This document shows, piece after piece, positions 58,860-64,000 of a stretch of 64,000 nt of DNA (position 1 is its first letter; each line of letters opens with the position of its first letter). The stretch is from Chloroflexota bacterium. Its GTDB lineage: Bacteria > Chloroflexota > UBA11872 > VXOZ01. The translations under genes were made by a program, and so were the position numbers. The stretch is from positions 32,001-96,000 of the forward strand of contig CAXXVD010000005.1 in assembly GCA_963662335.2 (NCBI GenBank), read 5' to 3'. The notes beneath the pieces were generated by a model, which was not told the DNA's origin, ran no database searches, and saw only the letters and a list, made by a program, of their open reading frames with translations.

Positions 58860-59236
58860 GGGTTGTAGACCAAGCGGCTCAGACCCAGCCCCAACAGCAC
58901 GAGCGTGATCCCCAGCACGTTGCTGAGCAAGAGATTGAAGAACACGAGACGCAGTTCGCCCGCCCGCAGGAGATTCACGCTCTCTATCCCGAACGTGGAG
59001 AACGTGGTGAACGCGCCCAGCACGCCGACCAAGAAGAACGTGCGCGCGTGGGGCGGCAGTGAGGTCTGCGCGAGCGGTTCCCACAGCAGTCCCACCGCTA
59101 GGCAGCCAAGCAGATTCACGCCCAGGGTGCCCGCCGGGAAAGCGCTTTCCACGTAACGACTGATAAGTCCGGAGAGGAGATAGCGCAGCGTTGCGCCAAA
59201 AGCGCCGCCCAGCGCGACGAAAAACACGCTCGTCAT
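58856..59236 (-). CDS. crcB: Fluoride efflux channel Fluc/CrcB
   Basis: GGAFGATLRY, FPAGTLGVNLLG, G.LGAFTTFSTF..E. Confidence 0.96.
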   Translation of the reverse strand: MTSVFFVALGGAFGATLRYLLSGLISRYVESAFPAGTLGVNLLGCLAVGLLWEPLAQTSLPPHARTFFLVGVLGAFTTFSTFGIESVNLLRAGELRLVFFNLLLSNVLGITLVLLGLGLSRLVYNP

Positions 59237-59341
59237 GGCTCTTCTTAATGCCTCTTGTGCGCACAGTTCAGAAGCATGATCAGTACGGGCAATCGGGAAT
59301 CGGAAAGTCCGCTAATGTGATAACGGAACGTGCGCGTAGCA

Positions 59342-59427
59342 TGGTGCCGAAGGCGGGATTCGAACCCGCACGGGTGTTACCCCACTGGTTTTTGAGACCA
59401 GCGCGTCTTCCGTTCCGCCACTTCGGC
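59342..59427 (-). tRNA. tRNA-Leu(CAA)
   Basis: GCCGAAGTGGCGGAACGGAAGACGCGCTGGTCTCAAAAACCAGTGGGGTAACACCCGTGCGGGTTCGAATCCCGCCTTCGGCACCA; long variable arm, anticodon CAA. Confidence 0.97.
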
Positions 59428-59499
59428 ATATCTATTTCGATTCTAGGGTATGAAATTCACTGCGGTCAAGGCATCTATTTATGTCAATAATCGCGTGCT

Positions 59500-59526
59500 A
59501 GATTCCTCGCTGCGCTCGGAATGACA
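59500..59526. repeat. Single TGTCATT-family repeat (reverse orientation)
   Basis: AGATTCCTCGCTGCGCTCGGAATGACA, identical to 19490-19516. Confidence 0.9.
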
Positions 59527-59563
59527 TGAAACCTAGCTCGTGAGGCCAATAGGCCTGAATCGA

Positions 59564-60967
59564 CTACCTCCGGTCTTGAGCAGCGTCGGCGAGGATGTTC
59601 TCAGCCACCTCTTGCCCCAGCCGGATGCTATAGTTGATGCCCCGGTCTTCCGGATAGATGAGCGTTGTGTTGGCCAGGTAGAGCCGGGAAACCGGCGTGC
59701 GCAGGTCCGGTTTCTTGTGCTGGTAGCCCACCTCGATCAACGGCTGGGCAAACGGATCGCCGCCGGACCACATGTTCTTCACCATGTCCGGCGAAAATTG
59801 CGGATACACCTGCCGCAAGTAGGGCAGGTAGTGGGCGAAGAGCGCCGGCGTATCCATGCGCATCAGCGGGTCCCGCGGCGACATGTAGCGGGCCACGTAG
59901 AGCAGGTGGCTGCCGCCGTAGGCAGCCGGCGAGACCAAGTTCGTCTGTTCCACCAAAGCCGTGAACGGCGAGTCTTCCGCGCTAATGTTCAGCCAGTAGT
60001 AGGGTGACATGCGGCGGTCGAGTTCCAGCAGCAAGCAGGAAGCGCCCTTGTACTCGATGCTGCCCAGGCGTTGGCGGTACGCGTCGGGCAAGTCCGGCGC
60101 CAGGCGCAGGAAGATGGGCGTGTGCACGGCGGCCAGCACCAGGTCGAAGTCGCGTCGCTTTCCGCCGGTGACAATACCGCGGGCCTGTCCGTTCTCGACG
60201 ATGATCTGCTCCGCCGGCGTCTCCAGGTGGACGTGCCCGCCCAGTTCCTCGATGCGGCGTCCGAAAGCGTCCACCAACGTGCGAAAAGAGTTATGGAAGT
60301 AACCCAGTTGCTCTTTCGCCATGCCTTTGGAGCGGGAGGCCGCGCGCACGTGGATGCGCGCCCAGAGCCACGCCATGCTCACGCGATGCCAGTCCTCGCC
60401 AAACTTCGCCTTGAGCAAGCCGCCCCAAATGGTGTCGAACACCCGGTCGCCACAGAAACGGCGCATCCAATCCGCGGCGCTCACGTCCTGGAACGGCTGC
60501 CAGCGCGTGCGCCGCTGGAGATAGAGCACCGAGAGGCCGAGCCGCACGCGCTGCACAAGATTGAGCGGCGGGAAGCGCAGCACGTCTACCGGGCCGTTGA
60601 ACGGGAGCAACCGGCCGCCCCAGTAGAAGCCCATCGTGGAGTCCACCCAGGTCAGTTTGTCGGCCACGCCCAGGCGTTCCGCGGCGGCCAGCAGGTGACG
60701 GTCGCTGCCGAAGCAGTGGTGGTAGTAGTACTCGACGAACGTGTCGCCGATCGCGCGCGTGGCTACCTCGCCGCCAAGCTGCGACTGTTTCTCGAAGACG
60801 TGTACCTGCGCGCCGCCCGCAAGCAGCGCCTCGGCGGCGGCCAGGCCGCTGAACCCGCCGCCAACGACGGCAATGCGCAGCGGAGCGTCGGACGCTTTCG
60901 CCGCAGACGCTGCGGCAGTCTGTGTTGACAACTGCATCGAATTCGACGCTATGGCGGTTTTCAACAA
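59564..60967 (-). CDS. FAD-dependent oxidoreductase (protoporphyrinogen oxidase/amine oxidase-like)
   Basis: IAVVGGGFSGLAAA, FEKQSQLGG, YYHH.F, AQP, IYPEDRGINYSIRLG. Start uncertain (TTG 60967 after GGGAG, or ATG 60937). Confidence 0.88.
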   Translation of the reverse strand: MLKTAIASNSMQLSTQTAAASAAKASDAPLRIAVVGGGFSGLAAAEALLAGGAQVHVFEKQSQLGGEVATRAIGDTFVEYYYHHCFGSDRHLLAAAERLGVADKLTWVDSTMGFYWGGRLLPFNGPVDVLRFPPLNLVQRVRLGLSVLYLQRRTRWQPFQDVSAADWMRRFCGDRVFDTIWGGLLKAKFGEDWHRVSMAWLWARIHVRAASRSKGMAKEQLGYFHNSFRTLVDAFGRRIEELGGHVHLETPAEQIIVENGQARGIVTGGKRRDFDLVLAAVHTPIFLRLAPDLPDAYRQRLGSIEYKGASCLLLELDRRMSPYYWLNISAEDSPFTALVEQTNLVSPAAYGGSHLLYVARYMSPRDPLMRMDTPALFAHYLPYLRQVYPQFSPDMVKNMWSGGDPFAQPLIEVGYQHKKPDLRTPVSRLYLANTTLIYPEDRGINYSIRLGQEVAENILADAAQDRR

Positions 60968-61001
60968 CGTCTCCCGTTCCGTGTGCTTCCCTATGAATTG
61001 C

Positions 61002-62282
61002 CTATGATGTCTCCGGCGCAGACGCTGAGGCCTGGCCGAGCGGAGTTCGCGGGGCATCCGCCACCTGCAGCGGCCACCAGCGCCGCCGGCGCCGCCAAGC
61101 GAGAACGCTGCCCAAGAGTATTACGGGCAGCAAGAGGAGCGCGTGCATCAGTAGCAAGTAGGCTATTGCCAACTCGGCCCCAATGCCAAACTGCACGAGC
61201 ACCAACTTCCCCGCAAACTCGAAGGGGCCGATGTACCCGGGCGACGACGGCAGCGCGGAAAATATGTTGATGACACCCATCGTCAAGAGGAATATCAACA
61301 CCGACTCATCCAGTCCCATGCTGCGCCCAACCACATAGTAGGTGAGTCCTTCCACGATCCAGGAAACCATGCTCAAGACGGCCATCTCCACAAGCCGCCG
61401 CGGCGACCTGAGGCTCTGCAAGCCGGCAACGAACGACTGCGACATGCCTACGATGCGGTAGCCTAGTCTCCCCGGCAGCAAGAGCGACAGACGCAAGGGC
61501 AACGACGTGAGATAGTCCCGCGCGATGACGGCAGCCCCAAAGACCGCGACCAAGAGCGCGATGCTCGCTCCGGCCAGCGGCAGCAGGAGACCATCGGGAA
61601 TCCACTGCCCAAACTCGGCAAAAGCTGTCGCGAGCAGAATGCCGAGCAGCGCCGTAAGCGCAAGAGAGCGCCACATGATGCGCGCGCGGCTGAGCCCGCG
61701 CCGCGAGCGGTGCGTGGCGACAAGTATCAGCAAACCGGCCGCGACGATCGCCGCCACTGCGGCCACGCGCAATGCCGTGAGCAACGGCGAGGGCCAATGC
61801 AGGAACACCGTGCACGCCACGATGACGGCAAGGATCGCCAGCACGTCCAAGAGCCGCTCCAGGAAGACGGTTGCCAAAGAGGCGCTCTTGCGAATCCCCG
61901 TCTCGCGGGCGAGCAAGAAGACCCGCATGACGTCGCCCATGCGCGCCGGCACGATGTTATTGACGGTATAGCTGACGATGAGCAGCGCAATTGCCTGGCG
62001 CACCGGAATCCGCTCCACGGGCAAGAGGAGGCGCTGCCAGCGCAGGCCGCGCACTGCCACGCCCAGGAAGTAGAGCGGAATTGCCGGCGCCAGCAACCAA
62101 AAGTTGGCGCCGCGCAACGCCGCCCACGTCTGGCCCATGTCAAGTCCGCGCAGCGCAAGCCAGAGCAGAACCGCGCTCAATCCCAGGCCCGCGCTGGCCT
62201 GAAGTGCGCGCAGCCGTCCCGGCCGCCAGCGCGGCCGGTTATCTTGAAATTGCCGCCAACGTGTGTGTATGGCTTGTGCCAT
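61002..62282 (-). CDS. Lysylphosphatidylglycerol synthase TM-domain / flippase-like protein (UPF0104)
   Basis: RGLRWQRLL, NNIVPARMGDVMR, ATVFLERLLD, LPSSPGYIGPFE. Confidence 0.88.
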   Translation of the reverse strand: MAQAIHTRWRQFQDNRPRWRPGRLRALQASAGLGLSAVLLWLALRGLDMGQTWAALRGANFWLLAPAIPLYFLGVAVRGLRWQRLLLPVERIPVRQAIALLIVSYTVNNIVPARMGDVMRVFLLARETGIRKSASLATVFLERLLDVLAILAVIVACTVFLHWPSPLLTALRVAAVAAIVAAGLLILVATHRSRRGLSRARIMWRSLALTALLGILLATAFAEFGQWIPDGLLLPLAGASIALLVAVFGAAVIARDYLTSLPLRLSLLLPGRLGYRIVGMSQSFVAGLQSLRSPRRLVEMAVLSMVSWIVEGLTYYVVGRSMGLDESVLIFLLTMGVINIFSALPSSPGYIGPFEFAGKLVLVQFGIGAELAIAYLLLMHALLLLPVILLGSVLAWRRRRRWWPLQVADAPRTPLGQASASAPETS

Positions 62283-62642
62283 GTTTCTCCCGTGGCGCGC
62301 CCGTTGTCACGAATGCAAAGAAGGCCCGCCCAAAACGCGTTCGCGGAACCGTGCAGCGCAGCGGGATGCGCGCATGACCCCGGCAAACTCGTGGTTGAAT
62401 GCTATTAGCGTATGTGAATGGACTAGAAGCGTCAATCTTGCCGGATCAGAGGTGAGTTGTCTAGTGGGAATGAAAGCAATTCGCCGCGTATGCGCGCGCG
62501 GACACGCTGCGCAATCTGCCGGGAGCGCTCTGTTCCCTGGCGGCGACGCGTTCCCGGCGAGCGTGGCGTTGCCGGTTCCCTACCCGCCGCTGCGCAGCAT
62601 TGCCAATTTCCTATCTGCCGCCGCGTGGCGAACGAACCCCGG

Positions 62643-63578
62643 TTACGGCGAGACTCCGCCCAACGACCGCAGGTACGCCGCCGCCGACTTTGCCGCGGCT
62701 TCCGGATCCGGCAAGTAGCGCCAGTACGCCCGCGGCATGCCCTTGAACGGATTGACGTACTCGTAGAGCACGTAGCCGTCGAACCCGCCTTGCCGCAACT
62801 CCGCAATCACCGCCCACCAATCGATATCGCCGTCCGGCAGTTCCGTCCACTCGTAGCCGTAGTCCTCTTTGGGCAAGTAGTCGATCGTGCCCGGTTCGCG
62901 GCGGCGCACGTTCTTCACGTGGAGCATGGCGACGTGCGGCGCGAGCAGCCGCGCTTCGGCCAGAACGTCCCGCCCTTCCATGTAGAGGTTTGCGCCGTCC
63001 ATGACGAGATCGAGTTCCGGCCCTACCGCGTCACGCACGGCCAGCAACTCTTCGGCGTTAGAAGTCGTGGTGTTCTCATTCGTCTCGACAATGAGCCGCA
63101 CGCCGCGCTCTTTGGCATACGGCAGGAGTTCCGCAAGCGCGACGACATGCAGGTCGAACGCTTCCCGCGGCGACAGCGCGATGTCCGGCGCGGGCGCCAG
63201 CACGTTCCCGATGCTGCGCAGCCAGCGCGCGTCCAGAGAAGCCGCCAGGTCGATGTAGTCCCGGTTGAGCGCCAGGCTGCGGTCGCGCAGTTCGCCCGGC
63301 GGATAGGTGAGCGGGCAGTAGCAGGAAATGCAGGCTATTTCGATTCTCTTGGCCTTGAGAACGCGCACAAACTCGGCCCTCCCCGGCTCGTTGATAAGCC
63401 GCGGGCTGACCATGTCGTAGCCTACCGCGTTGTAGTGGCGCTCCACCGGCCGGGGCACGTCGAGCGTATAGCCGCGCAGACTAATGCCGTGGTAGTCATA
63501 TTTCCCCGCCCACGCCAGGACTTTCGCCAAGCCAAACGGGTGCTGCCAACCGACGCCGCCGTACAGGGCCAGTTTCAT
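62643..63578 (-). CDS. Sugar phosphate isomerase/epimerase (TIM barrel)
   Basis: IDLAASLDA, LIVET, DGANL, LHVKN, GDIDW, GFDGYVLYEY. ATG 63578 after AGGAG. Confidence 0.88.
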   Translation of the reverse strand: MKLALYGGVGWQHPFGLAKVLAWAGKYDYHGISLRGYTLDVPRPVERHYNAVGYDMVSPRLINEPGRAEFVRVLKAKRIEIACISCYCPLTYPPGELRDRSLALNRDYIDLAASLDARWLRSIGNVLAPAPDIALSPREAFDLHVVALAELLPYAKERGVRLIVETNENTTTSNAEELLAVRDAVGPELDLVMDGANLYMEGRDVLAEARLLAPHVAMLHVKNVRRREPGTIDYLPKEDYGYEWTELPDGDIDWWAVIAELRQGGFDGYVLYEYVNPFKGMPRAYWRYLPDPEAAAKSAAAYLRSLGGVSP

Positions 63579-63708
63579 TTCTCCGCTCCTCGGGCCGGGC
63601 GTCGGCCATGACCTTTGACCATATATGCGATCCGCTGTGCGGCAATTAAGCGCACCCAACGCTGCTGCTGCGCACGCCGGGCACGCGGACACGTCAGTGA
63701 GACAAGGA

Positions 63709-63736
63709 GGCGAGTATCCACTTGGAGATACTCGCC
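63709..63736 (-). terminator. Hairpin just 3' of tRNA-Trp
   Basis: GGCGAGTATC-CACTTGGA-GATACTCGCC. Confidence 0.65.
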
Positions 63737-63749
63737 GTTGGTTGTCGCT

Positions 63750-63825
63750 TGGCAGGAGCGGAGGGACTCGAACCCCCGACCGCTGGTTTTGGAGACCAGT
63801 GCTCTTCCAACTGAGCTACGCTCCT
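63750..63825 (-). tRNA. tRNA-Trp(CCA)
   Basis: AGGAGCGTAGCTCAGTTGGAAGAGCACTGGTCTCCAAAACCAGCGGTCGGGGGTTCGAGTCCCTCCGCTCCTGCCA. Confidence 0.97.
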
Positions 63826-64000
63826 CTGCCGCCGCGCACACGCACGGTAACTCTATGCTACTTGATAGTTAGAAAACCGTCAATGCGATGGTCGGCGCCC
63901 GGCAGGCGAGCCCAGTATATCTCGCTCCAGACCGGCTGGCCGGCCCGGCTGCGGTGGACAGCGTTGCGAGATGTTCAATCCCGTTCCGGCGCGTGTGGAC

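Noticed and set aside
59237-59341. Fluoride riboswitch upstream of crcB
   Set aside because: The minus strand lacks the GGCGATGG...GCTAATGAC consensus; the gene directly follows tRNA-Leu.

Overview
GC-rich bacterial chromosomal window, probably Chloroflexota. This is an inference from the FPETGH..GG..FGYP..QYFQRARFEYHP cell-surface repeats, PspA-PspAA, HspR and Rex. It contains: (1) an ABC exporter pair, a CPT-like kinase and tRNA-Arg; (2) a rex-led complex I operon nuoA-B-C-D-G-H-I-J-K-L-M-N with no nuoE/nuoF; (3) a VanW-family gene behind a long structured leader; (4) a catabolic-type cluster with two amidohydrolases, a class III aminotransferase, a cysteine hydrolase, two Tat-lipoprotein solute-binding proteins and RidA; (5) cell-surface and amidase genes; (6) a lon-dnaK-grpE-dnaJ-hspR-clp heat-shock operon with a HAIR-like operator, whose Clp looks like a ClpB/ClpC hybrid; (7) aspS, an M55 peptidase and an MprAB-PepD-like module; (8) pspA-pspAA between two paralogous solute-binding proteins; (9) assorted enzymes, crcB, tRNA-Leu and tRNA-Trp. 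Intergenic spaces carry at least three families of REP-like palindromes, often in composite or tandem arrays. I saw no transposase, integrase, prophage or CRISPR array. All calls come from reading the sequence by eye; no database search or folding program was run.
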